A stretch of 64,000 nucleotides of DNA from NCBI RefSeq assembly GCF_009914755.1, contig NC_060936.1; one strand, written 5' to 3'. Made by a program: the position numbers and the translations under genes. This document shows, piece by piece, positions 49,263 to 64,000 of this stretch. The notes below the pieces were generated by a model. That model ran no database searches, was not told the origin of the DNA, and saw only the letters and a program-made list of their open reading frames with translations. The first letter of the stretch is position 1; every line of letters starts with the position of its first letter. This DNA comes from the human T2T-CHM13v2.0 reference genome, Homo sapiens.

Positions 49263-49393
49263 GTCTGGAAGCACCACTGAATATCCATGAAGGCAAAGTT
49301 ACAGATTCTTCTATAGACATTCTCTGGAATTGAGTTGATGGGAATTTCCAGCATTATGAAATCACATGCATAAACTATGCTGCTGCTTTCATG
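49263..49393 (+). pseudogene. Exon K: FN3 module 7 N-half with in-frame TGA (49331-49333)
   Basis: LEAPLNIHEGKVTDSSIDILWN*VDGNFQHYEITCINYAAAFM; donor GTACGT; phase 1-0. Confidence 0.85.
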
Positions 49394-49563
49394 GTACGTT
49401 ATAAAGGGCTCTTAGAGGAATTAAACTTGAATGTTTCATGCTGAAACCAACATTACTGCATTCTTACATTGGATAGTAGTGAAACTAAATAATTCCCAAT
49501 TGTATTCAGTTGTGGAGCTTTTCTTAAACACATACTTGATAATGTATTCTTTTGGATTGATAG

Positions 49564-49693
49564 GTTCAGAAGGTAGTTCAAGAAACAGCAATATTCTCTA
49601 ACCTGGATCCTGCCACAGTGTACACCTTTTCTATTCGGGCTGAAAAAGAAGGTTTTAAAGACATTACTGCTAACATAAAAGAAATACAGACAG
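49564..49693 (+). CDS. Exon L: FN3 module 7 C-half
   Basis: VQKVVQETAIFSNLDPATVYTFSIRAEKEGFKDITANIKEIQT; phase 0-1; weak donor GTTACC. Confidence 0.82.
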
Positions 49694-50619
49694 GTTACCG
49701 CCTATGTAGGCACCTCAGGAGTTTCTTTCATGTTCAGATATTTCCTTGGTCCTTTAAGGGAAGATTAGTAAGTACTTCATTCCTCCCAGGTTTTCTTTAT
49801 GGGCATTGTCTCTTGTATCTTTTTCTTTTTCCTTGGTATGGGTTATCACAACATCCTTTTAAGTATGTATTGTCAGATGGTAGCATTGCTAACTGCTTAT
49901 GGTCTGGCCAGAGTTTCCATTTGTGATTTAATTACCCCATTTTCCAATGAAGTGCCACCTTGCCAGTGTAAACATTTTATTCCCAAAGGCAGATGGTGAT
50001 ATATCCCATGGTAATCATATGAAATAAAGGATGACTGGGAAGGATGCATGCAACTGTATAAGCTGTCGTATCTAGTAAAGTAAAATTGTCAACTATTCTA
50101 CTAAACTATTTTAGTTATTCTTGACGTTGATGCAATGGGTACATTGATTTATATATTTAGAACCTGGCCATGTCTGGTATTCTTTTAATGTAATAAGAAA
50201 GAATGAGATTGAGAGAATATCTTCACAATTTGATTCCTTTCTCATATATGGGAGAATTTTAAAGAGAAAACAATATGCCCATTATACACTATTTAATTTA
50301 ACTTTTTTTCCTCAGGAAAGAAGGGAGGCATTTCATATTCAGATTGCAATTAACTTTCCTGCTAATTAGACTTGGCACTCCTTGGTATTTAATTAGGATG
50401 AGTCCTAAAAATAATTAAATATTTCTGAAGTCAGTGGTTACACAAGACTAAGGTATGATCTACTTCCTGCATTTTAGAGGCCAGGGACATTTTGAGTACA
50501 ATGCTACTGGGACACATTTTGTACACTTAAAGCACACATGTATTTTATTTCAAAGTTTAAAATAATTCTGGCTTTTTTTAAACAATACTTTTAACTTCTC
50601 ATATCTAGCAGGTAGAATA

Positions 50620-50935
50620 AAAGGAAGCGATTATCCTCAGCAAACTAACACAGCAACAGAAAACCAAACAGTGAATGTTCTCACTTATAAGTGGGAGCTG
50701 AATAATCAGCACACATGGAGACAGGGAGGGGAACAACACACACTGGGGCCTGTCACGGAGGTCGGGGAGGGAGAGCATCAGGATAAATAATACTTGTGGG
50801 GCTTGATACTTAGGTGATGGGTTGATACGTGCAGCAAACCACCATGACACATGTTTACCTATGTAACAAACCTGCACGTCCTGCCCCTGTATCCTGGAAC
50901 TTAAAATTAAATTAAATCAAATTAAATTTTAAGAA
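50620..50935 (+). mobile_element. 5'-truncated older L1PA 3'UTR fragment
   Basis: ATTATCCTCAGCAAACTAACACAG..TGTAACAAACCTGCAC..GGAACTTAAAATTAAA. Confidence 0.88.
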
Positions 50936-51056
50936 AAAGGAGTGCCTTGGTTACCCTCAGGGTTTGCATAGAGTCAATTCCTGAGGGCGGTTCAGGGCTG
51001 GCAGGTGCTTTGTGCTATGGAAAATGTTATCTTACTGTCTGTCTTAAATGATATAG

Positions 51057-51207
51057 CCCCAAGTGCAGCTGAATTTATGAAACATAGCAGAGACCCAAAT
51101 GCAGTAACTGTTAGCTGGCCTTCAGCTAGAAGTCTTCTGGATGGATATATTATTTCAATATCCAGTGAAAGCTTAATGAGAGAAGAAATTCTGCCCTCCA
51201 CTAAAAG
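51057..51207 (+). CDS. Exon M: FN3 module 8 N-half
   Basis: PSAAEFMKHSRDPNAVTVSWPSARSLLDGYIISISSESLMREEILPSTK; phase 1-2; donor GTATGA. Confidence 0.85.
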
Positions 51208-51641
51208 GTATGAAAATATTGAAAAGAAATTATGTCAAGTTACATGGAACACAAAATTAATGTTTTATATATGTTTTTAGAAAGCTGTCTTAATGGGAAA
51301 ATATAAACAGAAATGAGAAAATTTTGCAAGATAATTTCTGGACTACAGTGTGATCAGAATAACTAAGTCTGACATATTGTAACAAATTATTTCTGAAAAT
51401 AAATAATAATGAATTCAGAATGTTATCATATGTATGATATATTCTTTTTTGACTTAAAATGTCTCTGTGTAAGAAGATATGATTTTTAATTGACCATTTG
51501 TGCTTAAGTGCAGCAAATTATTTCCATGATAGTTACTTTAAAAATGAAGCATATAAAAATTTTTCTGCAGGTGAGAAAATGGAGTTCTCCAAATGTGTCT
51601 GAGCTAAATGTTTTAATGTGTCACTTTTGTTTAACCTGTAG

Positions 51642-51748
51642 GACATTCACATTTAATAGCCTTTCTCCAGGGACTGACTTTTTAATTAGTATTATGACTA
51701 ACAAGGGACTGAAAGGAAGCCATCCTACTGTCCTCATGGTTAGCACTT
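51642..51748 (+). CDS. Exon N: FN3 module 8 C-half
   Basis: (R)TFTFNSLSPGTDFLISIMTNKGLKGSHPTVLMVST; phase 2-1, matching exon M; donor GTAAGT. Confidence 0.85.
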
Positions 51749-54075
51749 GTAAGTTCATTTTATATTTAATTAACTTTTCATGGGTAAAAAGAAGAGAGAA
51801 ATTGTTGTATTTAAGGACAATGCCTAATTAGAAATGAATGACTAGGAAGTGGTTTGTGATATGCTGGAAGAGAAGGAGCATTGCATTTACAGGGAGAATG
51901 TCTGAGATATATTCCTGCCTCTGTCACTTATTAATTATGTGACCTTAGGCAAAACAACTGTGTTCTCACCTAGGAAATGAGAATAATTATTCCTGCCTAG
52001 GTAAAATAACCTGTTACTAAAGTGAAATGTGAAACTCTTCCTGAAAGTGTAAAGTACTCTAAAACCCTAAGGTATTATTGTCATGAAATAATATTTCTCT
52101 AGTACTTGGGCTATATTAACATTTTATGAAAATAAACTTGGGGTATGAAAAAAATAGACTTTTTTATTTAAAAATACTGTCTTTTTGATTGAATTATTTG
52201 GGTTCTGTTTGCCTCTTCTGACCTTATTAGCGTAACTTGACATATATGCTTGCTCTGAACATGTGTAGCTATTTCAGAGTCCTTTCACTTGTGGGGCCCA
52301 GTCCTATGAAAGTGTGCTCAAGTACCAAGGTTCTCTTAGTTATGAGAAGAGGCTTGATCTCAGAAGTTGCAGTGCAAAGGAAGGGAAGCACTTAAAATGC
52401 AGCAATGGTCAAATCAATTCTTTGAAATAAACTAAACAAATTGAGGTATGATTATACTCCAGCGTGATATTATGTGCTTTAGTCACTGCATCAACTCTCT
52501 GCAGGCTACTCAAAATGTAGGTTAAGGCTTAGAGGTGTTCATAACTCATTGTTGAAGGTGAGATTTTATCCCGGGTATCTAAAGCTGATATGACCCTGCT
52601 GCCTCTCCTAAAGACCATTAGAAGAAATATCAGAAATAGATGAGAAAAGTTTTCAATTTTTTAAAAAAGATAGCTCATTATTATATATCAGTGAAAGCTT
52701 AGTTGCTGCTTAGATTTGGGTGTTGTTGTTCTCATTGTCACCATCATCATCACCATTGTCATCATCACATTGATTGCATCACATTGAGAGCCTTCATCAG
52801 GTACTCTGCTAAGCATTTTCTATGCTTTATATTGCTTCATTATGAATGACAACCTTTATTCTACCAATCATAATAAGATGTACATTTTTTTACACGTTTT
52901 TCAAATGAAGAAACAACAGAGCCTTAGAGAATTTCAGTCACTTATACTAGATGACAGAAATTTGAATTCACATTTCTCTGACATCAAATTCTGACCTTGT
53001 AACCCTTGTGCTTCAGTGGAAAGGCCACTGTGTTATAGGAAAGACTAACTCTACCCATTCTAGCTCTGCGACTTTGTGAAAATCGTCTTCTGTTTGCACT
53101 GCAAGTTCCTTATTTCTAACCTGGGGTTAATAATAATGCTTTCCATAGTTCGTGATGTTGTTGCCTTTTTGATTGTGTTTTCTTAAACAAGACTGGTAAC
53201 CTTTTTTTAATGTCTTCCATATTGCAATCTGTCTTTTGTCTTCTATTGTATATTATTGATATTTTTATCTTTTTAGTTACCTTCATTTATTTGCAAGTCC
53301 CCTCAAGTCAATTTGGAAGTAGATGGAATATTAATAAATGTACAAAATAGAGTTAAAATATATTATGGGATAATAAATTAATTCTAGTTGTAAGGGAATG
53401 TGCATTATAGAAAAATAGAATATAAAAGAGTATGAGTCAGTGATTCAGGTTAAATCTACCACAGAGATGAATTCTAATAAACTTAAATCAGTAAATGTAA
53501 GTAGAGGCAAAAAAATCCCATTCAAAATTTGAATTTTTAAGGTGAAATTATTTTAATAAAATGTTAATATTACATTTCTTCTAGCAAAGGAAAGCAATAC
53601 AATAGTTTAATTTGCAATATAGGTTTGAAATAGAGGCATGTTACCAATTTGGAAAATAAGCTTCTAGAACCATCTCAGGTAAAGTGGTTACAGAGAAAAG
53701 GAATTTGTGAACTTAAGGAGGGGAGATATATTTCTTTCTTTATGCAGTATATAAATTACAAGTAAACAATACCAATTGTAAGAACTTGAAGTTGGATTCT
53801 GCTGTGAGAAAAATAAATGTGAAAATCCATAATTTTATTATTGGAAAAGGCTTTCCAGAAATTCTTTTTTCTTTTTCATTGTAGATATAGAGAGCCTAGA
53901 CTTGGGGTAAATAGCTTGCACATGGTCACACAGTGCTAAAATTGACTGGATAAGCCTAGGTTTTATGTCTCATATCTAGTACTCTTCAAAGTCAAGGTTA
54001 TTGGTTCAGCCTAGATAACTTAGTGGTAGAAATGTCTTTTAAAAGATGTCCCAGTGTCTTATTTCATTTCTTTAG

Positions 54076-54170
54076 ATCCAGATCCATCAGATTTGCTAAT
54101 CTGGGGGCAAGAAGAAAACACGATATGTTTGTCTTGGAAACTATCAGAAGGAGGGTTTGAAAAGTTTCAG
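54076..54170 (+). CDS. Exon O: FN3 module 9 N-half
   Basis: PDPSDLLIWGQEENTICLSWKLSEGGFEKFQ; phase 1-0; CAG|GTAAAG. Confidence 0.82.
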
Positions 54171-54758
54171 GTAAAGAACACTGCTGCTCTCATACCATCT
54201 TGATGTTTATCCAGGTCTTTATTTCACTCCTTTTTTTTTTGTCCTTCATTTTACATTAATGGTTTTAGAAATTATTGTGCCACTTCGTTAATGTAGGATT
54301 TCTCCCCCAAGTATTTCTTGTATTTACTTCTTTAAAAGTACATAGTTGTTATGGAAAGTATTTAAATATGTGTAAAACTGATATCTGATTTTCGATGAGT
54401 TGGTTTTTTTGGTGGACATAAACAAGTACATATGTAGTACCAAGGAAGTGAATAAAGGAGTGGTGGTGCTGGAGGATAATGCTCCTGTAACAGCACTGGC
54501 TGGCAAAAAGACTCCAGTAGTCACAGCCACGTGATGTGCCACATGCTCTTTCAGTCCCATCCTAGAGATTTAATTGGGTGGAGACTTTTAGCCTAAATAG
54601 CACTTTCCAACTGTGTCTGTTATTCATCAGGTAAATATGTACATTTTCATTGCCTTTTTGTTAATAATGTAATCTGGCAGTGGGCATGAGGACAAATTAT
54701 ACTCGCTCTACATCTTATGGTTTGCAAATGGAAATGCTTCTAGTACAGCATTATTGCT

Positions 54759-54828
54759 TGGTAGTCTGTGGGAGCAATAAACATTTCCAGTGGTAGTCTG
54801 TGGGAGCAATAAACATTTCCAGTGGTAG
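54759..54828. repeat. Perfect 32-bp tandem duplication
   Basis: TGGTAGTCTGTGGGAGCAATAAACATTTCCAG x2 followed by TGGTAG. Confidence 0.95.
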
Positions 54829-56105
54829 GAGATGGTAACTTTAGTTGCAAATAACATAAAACAACCTAAAATAGTTTAAGCAATAAAGAAAAAAATATTA
54901 ATACAAGAGTCCCTTATGAAGACCAATAGAACCGGATGTTGGAAAGAATTGGAATCAGCTATTTCAAGGTCATTGAGAACCCAGGGATTATTTTCTTTTT
55001 GTCTGGCTACTTCTTTCTGCTTATTGGCCTTATTATTATTTTTTTTTTCTGAAGACCAACTTTGTCTGCTGAGCAATCCATGTGGTGAGTAGAAGAATGC
55101 CATACACAACTTCCAAGCACAAATGGGCACCAAGAAAGATAATTTCTCCCTAAATTCCCAAAGAAGGGAATGTAATTATCCCAGGTTGGAATAGAAAGCC
55201 AATCCAGATCCAGTGAAACAAAACAAATGGAGTTGGCCTCTATTATCATGCTTACCATTTAAGATTTGAAGAAATAAGCAACAGGAAATTTTTTTTTTTA
55301 ATGAATGAGGGCATTATGTATGCCTATAGACTTAGTTGAATGATTTTGAGAACAAAAACAGTTTTATTCATTTGAAAAATTCAACATTCAAATTCAAAAA
55401 ATTCATTCCTTCAACAATTTCTTGTTCTCATTGTGCTTATATTCTAAAGAACTAGAGGAAGTTAGATCAAGCCTCTTAATATCTTTATCCTTGGGAAGAG
55501 CAGATAACTCTCTTTCCCTAAAACCAAAAGGAAGGAGTACTATTTGTTAAAGATCTGGTTGATTCATCAATGTAAATTTCAAAAGGGAACAATCTTAAAC
55601 GAATACCTTCTTCAGTCACCAAGTATTATCAATTCTACTATTGCAATGTAAATTCCATTTGGCTCTGCAGGGTCCTCAGAACACCAAACTCTCTAAAAAT
55701 TCTCTAACAATGTAAAATAATGGCATCTGTGCAGCATGTAAGGTCATTAAAGTCTATATTATAGAGAACATAAGGACACACATATCTTAAATTTTTACTA
55801 GATTCACATATATTAAATTCAATCAGTTTTGTTTTTTCAGGAGAAGAAAAATTCAATTTTTTTCAGGAGAATAATTTAGCTCTTAGTGATATACTTGCAT
55901 GCAATATTCTGGTAATAAATTTGATAATACAAGTTTCTTTACAAAACAGATATCCTATTTTGTTTTGCCCAGCATTCTGAGAGTTCAAAAGATAAGGAAC
56001 ATTTATTAGTATGGACAAATGTGAAATTCATTTGAACACCAAATACGTGTTCTAGTGATTAATTCCCTGAAAGTATTAGATTGCTGGCTTTCTTTTCATG
56101 AGTGA

Positions 56106-56297
<192 letters not shown>

Positions 56298-56299
56298 TA

Positions 56300-56643
<344 letters not shown>

Positions 56644-56852
56644 GGAATCTCAGAATTGTAATGGAACTGAAGGCATAGTCTAGTCCAAGCATGAAAATAA
56701 ACATTGGCTTGCATATTTCAGACCCAAAAGAATTCATTGTGAATTTAGAAAACATAAGGTAGTTGACATAGAATATTTATGAAAGTTTGCCATTTTCTTT
56801 CTTATACCTTTCAGCTGTTTTTTATGAGCCTTGAGTATATTTTTATTATAGG

Positions 56853-57325
56853 CAGCACTGTCCAATAGAAATACAGTATTAAGGGAACCACAAAAGTGAA
56901 GCATATGTGTACAATTTAAAATTTCTAGTAGAAATATTTTAAAAAGTAAAAAAGTGAAATTAATTTTAGTAATATATTTTATTTACCTCAATATATTCAA
57001 AATGTTAACATGTAACCAGTATAAGAAGCATTAATGAGATATTTTTATATCACTTTTTCATACAAATTCTCCAAAATCTAGTGTCTGTTTTATACTTAGA
57101 ACACATCTCAGTTGAGACTAAACACATTTTAAATATGGGGAGGGATAGCATTAGGAGATATACCTAATGTAAATGATGAGTTAATGGGTGCAGCACACCA
57201 ACATGGCACATGTATACATATGTAACAAACCTGCACATTGTGCACATGTACCCTAGAACTTAAAGTATAATAAAAAAATAAATAATAGAGACAGGTGGCA
57301 AGTGGCTATCATATTGGACAGCATA
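56853..57325 (+). mobile_element. MER33-like hAT-Charlie DNA transposon interrupted by an L1 3' end
   Basis: TIRs CAGCACTGTCCAATAG ... TATTGGACAGCATAG; internal GTGAAATTAATTTTAGTAATATATTTTATTTA. Confidence 0.8.
57137..57283 (+). mobile_element. 5'-truncated L1PA4/5-like 3' end
   Basis: GGGGAGGGATAGCATTAGGAGATATACCTAATG..GTACCCTAGAACTTAAAGTATAATAAAAAAA. Confidence 0.92.
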
Positions 57326-58079
57326 GTTACAGAGAGTGACTATTGTCATCTGGATTAAATGATAAAGTGGAAGAATGGCAAAAATTGGCCCATCGGTGTC
57401 CGGCTCAAATCCCACTTCTTCCTAGATGCCTCTCTGATCCCATCTGCAGGGAATGACATTTTCTTACACAGAGCTTTTTATGAAACCTCCCTTTAACTTT
57501 TTCTGTGTTACTTTTAACATACTGTCTTTGATTGTTATTAATGATGCACAAGTGCTAACATCCCTATGCCATTTCATCGAGGAATCTTTTAGTTTTCCCT
57601 AAGAGTGGAGTTCCAAAGTTACTATGTACTGAATAAAGCAGTATTTCCTTTTATTTGTCCACAGTTTCTTCCTTCCAGACCTCATGTGGTAGCCTTCTAA
57701 TGCTATGCAATCTTATATACATGTGTACGTTCAGTTTATCTGTAATTTTACAAGTTGTGGTAGGCAGTATAGTACAATGGCCCTGCGATTCCTTGCTTTG
57801 AATTCTGACTTCATTCCCTACTCTGAGACCTTGGGCAAATCTTTATCCTCTTTGGTTCTATTCCTTCATCTGACAAATGAAGATTATTTTTATTACTCTA
57901 TAAAATTGCTGTGAGAATTCCATAAGATAATGCACTTGGCAAATGCTCTGACATGCGAATTTGCTGTAGTCAGATGTTTTGTGTACTTTGGTCATTGTTA
58001 TATACTATTCCTGAGACCAATGTGTGATGCATAGCAGGAGTCAATAAATATTTTGGTGCACGATAGGTTGAATTTTTAG

Positions 58080-58560
<481 letters not shown>

Positions 58561-61500
58561 CATAGTCACTATCCTTTCTTACCAAGACCAGCAGCCTAGA
58601 TGATGGATGATAGCATTTCTCCTCTTAACTGGTTTCTCTGTTTCCGTTTGTGATTTCCTTACAATTCATATAACATTGGTTGAACATCCTCTAGTGGATT
58701 TTCATTGCTCTTCAAATAAAATCTATGCTTGTCATAGTTTCCAAGATCTCACCTGATTGGATTTTTATCTAACTATCCAGCTCACTCAGTTACTATGTCT
58801 CAATCATATGTATCTCTCTCCTCCTCAAACATGCCAAGCACACCCACCCTACATGGTTTTAATGCTTGACATTCCCATTGTACGTGCATCTTCCCTCCAG
58901 TTTTGGTTAACCTTTTTCTGTCACTGAGTTCTCAGCTCGAATATAATCTCCCTATACCCTTCCCTGATTACCAAATCATACCAAAAGATGTGATTCATGC
59001 TCATGGAAAAGAGGTGAGGATATTCTACACTAGCAAGGTCACAAAGTCAGGAATTAGTATTCTATTTGTCATTTGTAAATGTCATTCAGTGATAGGGGCA
59101 TCCTGAATAATAAATCACTCATGAAAAATTCCATCCTTTCCAGAATGATTCAATTCATTCCTATATTCACTATAGGTATTCTGTAGTGAAAACCTTACAC
59201 ATTTTTAATATTAATTGTAAAAGATTTATGTTTCTTAACCTTTTCTGTTTGTTCTAATTCTTACATCTTAAGGCAAATGTCAAATGGAATGATCTTCTAT
59301 GGGGTTAACTGAGGCCATAAAACCATTTTTTGTCAGTTAAATATATATACGATTACTTTTTACTCTATTTGAGCACATTTTTTCAGCGATATAAATTATG
59401 TATGTTATTAAGTGAAACTGATTTTAAGGAAACATATTAATCTTTAAGGTTCAGAATATTACTGACCACATTATATCACTAATGGTTATCTGAGTCTTTC
59501 TTGGCCAGTTAGATTATTTGTTAAATTTTAATGAATTAGGTAACAGTATCCTGGTTGCTTAGCAAAGCGCACTTGGATAATTGGGATCATTTCTCTAATC
59601 ATTTAAAATTAATCATCACATGCCTCCAAAGTATGATTTAAAAGTGGAAATAAAACACAAATTACATTTCTATTAGGCATGTGTATTCTACATAATTTTT
59701 GGAGGGGATAATCCTCTATTTTTTGAATTACATATTAAAAAATTAGTCAAACACTATTATCATTAGATCACTACAGTTTCTTTTCCTTCTACCCTTCGGT
59801 AATGTCTTAATGTGACTATGCCTGAACTTAGCACTTCATTAAGATTATATTCTACTATAATTGCATGATATTTTCTCCTACCATCCTTTTTCATACCAGA
59901 AGTTCTTAGCATTCTACTCACTCCATATGTCAGACAAGTAAGGTAATTATCAGTGACACCTTATGAATCAATAAGCAATGGTATGCTTCTAGACCTCAGG
60001 ATTATCTTCTTCATTAATGAAGCACTTTTCCCACAAGACAGTGATAACTATGTCTGCTTAGGAAATTTGTTTGACTTCTACCATATAATAGCTGTTTTTC
60101 AAAGCATAACAAAGTTTAAATAACTTATAAAGTTGACGTATCTTTCTTTCCATTCTACAAACATGAAGTATGGAATGAAGAAGAATAAAGATTGTTATAA
60201 GTAGCTTTTAATGGATTAAAAAAAGCTCCAGGTTATTGGAAATATCAGATTACTCCACTGAAAATTTCTAAAGGCAATGCTCACTCTCAGAGCTTTAATG
60301 AATAATACATAGACTTGGCCTAGGTTATGATGAAAGATGGACCAGAATGAAATGTGAATTTATCATTTATTCACTAATTTATGCAACAAGAACTGGGAGT
60401 GCCTTTTCTATTTCAGGTGTCTATTATTGTAGTTCTCTCTCGTTGCTTTTTACTACTCCCCTGACTATACTGACTGGCTTTCACTGATATCTGATTAACA
60501 GTTCTTCAAACACTGGCTGTCTCCTGAGGCACATATGTGAGTTTTCTGGAGGACCTTGGAGGTTATTTCCATTGCCTATTTCCTTGACTTGGCAGACCCA
60601 GCTCTGGTTCAACATTTGTAACTCCTATTAGCTCCTTCATCTGGCATCATATCTCACTGGTTTTTGCTGCTAGGTCTTCTTGCACAGTGACAGTGATCTT
60701 GGGTTGGGTAATGGTAAGATGATCCAAGACTGATCACTCTCTGTTGTCATACTTGACCCATGGGAGACTCTGGCATTTTTGTTCAGGCAAAGGTGGGTGT
60801 ACAAATTGCTCCACAGCAACACTTTATTTGTTCTGCTTTCTGTTTCTAGTTTCCCTTTGCTCTGCTCAGTAAGGAATAGGGGCAGAGCAGGAAGTCTGCT
60901 GCCTAAGTACCTGTCCAATTGAGAGATGTCAATCCTTCTAGCAGGCACTCTAGATGTACGGTAGTGATACACATGGGCCCCTCCTCATTTAGCTGGAGTC
61001 AGAATGTGTGCAGAAGCACCTTATTTCCCATTCTGTGGGCAGCCAAGGAAAAGCCATGATATTCTCTGCTAGGCCAGAAACTTGGGACCCCATTGATTTT
61101 CTTCTTTCCCTTCCTATAGTCTTCTGTTTACATGGAGTTGAGAGAGTAGGTCGTAGGTACTATCCATAATGATTAGCTATCTCTAAAATACATTTTTACA
61201 TTTTTTTGTTTCAGGTGTGCAGAAGAGTAAGGCCTACTCTTTATGTAATGTATCTATTATATGCATATACACTTAAAAATCAGTATTTGTGTTTGTATGC
61301 GTATATATACATGTGAAATTTAAAAACACATGGAGTCTATTGGTCTTTTATTACATAAACTTCTAAGACAATCCACTATGCTTATCACTCTGTGAACTTC
61401 ACTGAGTTATTCTGCCTCTACTAGCCTAAAATTATTCCTTAGTGAACATAGGAAGGATCACAACCTCTACCTTGCAGTAGTAATTACTATAAATATGATT

Positions 61501-61561
61501 ATTACGGAATTAGTGCTTTTTAAAGTTTGGAAAATATAAATTTACTTTTCTCTTTCTCTAG

Positions 61562-61727
61562 ATATCATACTGCATGCCATCCAGACAGGAAAAGCTGATT
61601 AAAGTGATTGTTTATGGCAACAAAGCCAAAGTAAAAAAATTGACTCTGGGCATGGACTACATGTTTCAAGTGAAGAAAGTTAAAGGCAAAGGTTACAGTG
61701 TATCTGTAATGAAAAAAGTGCCTATAA
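61562..61727 (+). CDS. Exon P: FN3 module 9 C-half
   Basis: Strong polypyrimidine acceptor; ISYCMPSRQEKLIKVIVYGNKAKVKKLTLGMDYMFQVKKVKGKGYSVSVMKKVPI; phase 0-1; GTAAGG. Confidence 0.8.
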
Positions 61728-62750
61728 GTAAGGAAAGATCATAGGTAGTATTTAGTTTTATAGTTCTGTAACACTTGAAAATATTTTGGCTAAGCATGAT
61801 TATGGTTGTTTTAAGACATAAAAGCTGATAAGTAATGATGATCTTAAGAATATGATTAAGAGAACTCAAAAAACATGTGAATTTAAAAAATTATTTGTAT
61901 GTCTAGATATATTGAGAGCTACACACAGAGTTTTTAAAAATAATCTGAAGCCAAAAGTATGCATATATGTGTGTATGTATATATTGTTATATATGTTAGA
62001 TACATGGAATACATATGTATACACATGTATATATATTATGCCATAATAATATAAGCACAATTCATTTTCTACTGACCTGAGGGTTGATAAACAGAGTAAT
62101 TCTGTTTCTCTTTCCTGAAGTTTGTAAATTTATTATAAATTGGTTTGTAATGTTTTTGGGTGAGGTGGAATAATAGTATTAGTTATCAACAGTTCTCATG
62201 AAAATTTGTGAGGTTGCCTCTCAGTGGAGACTAAATGATAATGCAAGTAGCAACATTAGTTGTATCGATGAACAGATTAAAAATGCAGCAATATAGGAAT
62301 GCTAAAAGCTTTGATGTAACAAGAAGACATTTGGAAATGCCCTTACTCCTAGCCCTCGCTCCCTCTCTAACTTATTCTCTTTCATCTTCATTCGGTATCT
62401 AGCTATGTGCTTGGTGGTAGCTAACAAAATTCTGATTATGTCATATAAGGATATGTATGGCTACAAGCACTCAAGAGGCACAAAGCTAAAGGAATGCCTT
62501 TATCACGAATGATTTATGACTGATGAAGGAAAGATATTTGGGAACTAGAGAGAATATTGTTGTGTCACTTAAATTAAAACCCATATGTAATGTCTTATTT
62601 TTCTATTTGCAGAGATAAACATATAGAACATTATACATGAGTAAATTAAAGGACTGTTACATAGATATTTAAATTATAATATTCATAATTGCTTTATTTT
62701 TACTAATATATGTGTAATTTCTATTTATATATAATTTACCTTTTCATTAG

Positions 62751-63008
62751 AACCATCTAGGATTTGTGGCTTAATTTTGAAAGCTGTGAATATTTCTTCA
62801 AATTTAATGTGGAATACAACAGAGATCAATTTCACCCATTATAAGATTTATATATCAAATAGAACATTTGCAAAAGACTGTCTTATTTGGGAAGTGGTGA
62901 CTGAGCACACAGTTACAGATGTGACTCCTGGTGTAATATATAACATCATGGTACACAGAATAAGAGGCAACCTTGGAGGATGTGGCATGTTTACCAGGGT
63001 TGTTGCAG
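62751..63008 (+). CDS. Exon Q: FN3 module 10
   Basis: 258 bp, phase 1-1; PSRICGLILKAVNISSNLMWNTT...VTDVTPGVIYNIMVHRIRG...VVA. Confidence 0.85.
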
Positions 63009-63152
63009 GTGTGCAAATTCTCTTTGATATTTAAGAAATTCACATTTCTGTTATATATTGTATTGTTCAAGATAAAATTTCAATAGAATTTTTTGAAATT
63101 TGAAAACTTACAGTCTATAGACTATTTGAGAGGATGAAAATGCTCATTTTAG

Positions 63153-63501
<349 letters not shown>

Positions 63502-64000
63502 TAAATTGAATAAAACATTATTTGACACACAGTGATCAATAAATGAGGTTAATATTATATTCAGTTTCACACCGAATTAGAGATCTAGCCAGTGGAATTA
63601 TGTGGTATATTTGGGATCATCTATTCTCCTAAAAATGTGTTCTTTGTCTTTGACATCCTAATATGTGTTATACACATGAAAAAGCATAGTCTTATGATAT
63701 CCACAGCATAATAAAGAATACAAGTATGGAAACACATGTAGTATAAGTCAGTGCAACAGGCGAAGCAATGGAAGTATGTCCAAACTTATTGTAGTTGCAC
63801 AGAAGAGGGAAAGATTAGCCCTACAAACGCAATAGAGAAAGCTCTTTGGGGCTGGTAATGTCTGTAAAAGGATTAGGAATTTGCTAATCAGACTAGAGAG
63901 CATATGGAGTGTGTGAAAAGGAGGACTCCCAGAGGTAGGGAACAGCCCATGCAAAACTATGGAGGTGTAAATGAATATGCTGTATTTGTGGAACTATAAG

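Noticed and set aside
51561-51576. TTTCTGCAG|GTGAGA as a recursive splice site
   Set aside because: It lies in a 434-bp intron, whereas recursive splicing is associated with very long introns; probably chance.

Overview
Human or closely related hominoid genomic DNA, AT-rich and repeat-dense. It contains the last two coding exons of OTOGL (C-terminal cystine knot, stop at 4646-4648, + strand), then about 22 kb of repeats. That interval includes a near full-length L1PA4/5-type element whose 5'UTR was spliced before insertion. From a GC/CpG-rich promoter-like patch (~27.25-27.6 kb) to the window end I assembled by hand 17 + strand coding exons (28792-63008). All have AG acceptors and GT donors with chained splice phases, though exon I is truncated and uses only a weak cryptic donor. 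They encode about 1000 aa of an extracellular protein: signal peptide - FN3 - FN3 - C-type lectin-like domain - eight more FN3 modules, continuing past the window. The frame carries three lesions: a net +17-bp frameshifting duplication, a 3'-truncated exon and an in-frame TGA. Each lies in a phase-1/phase-1 module that could be skipped in frame. By synteny (recalled, not checked) this lies just upstream of the canonical PTPRQ start. It is therefore either a decaying 5' extension of PTPRQ or a separate unitary pseudogene. No database searches were run.
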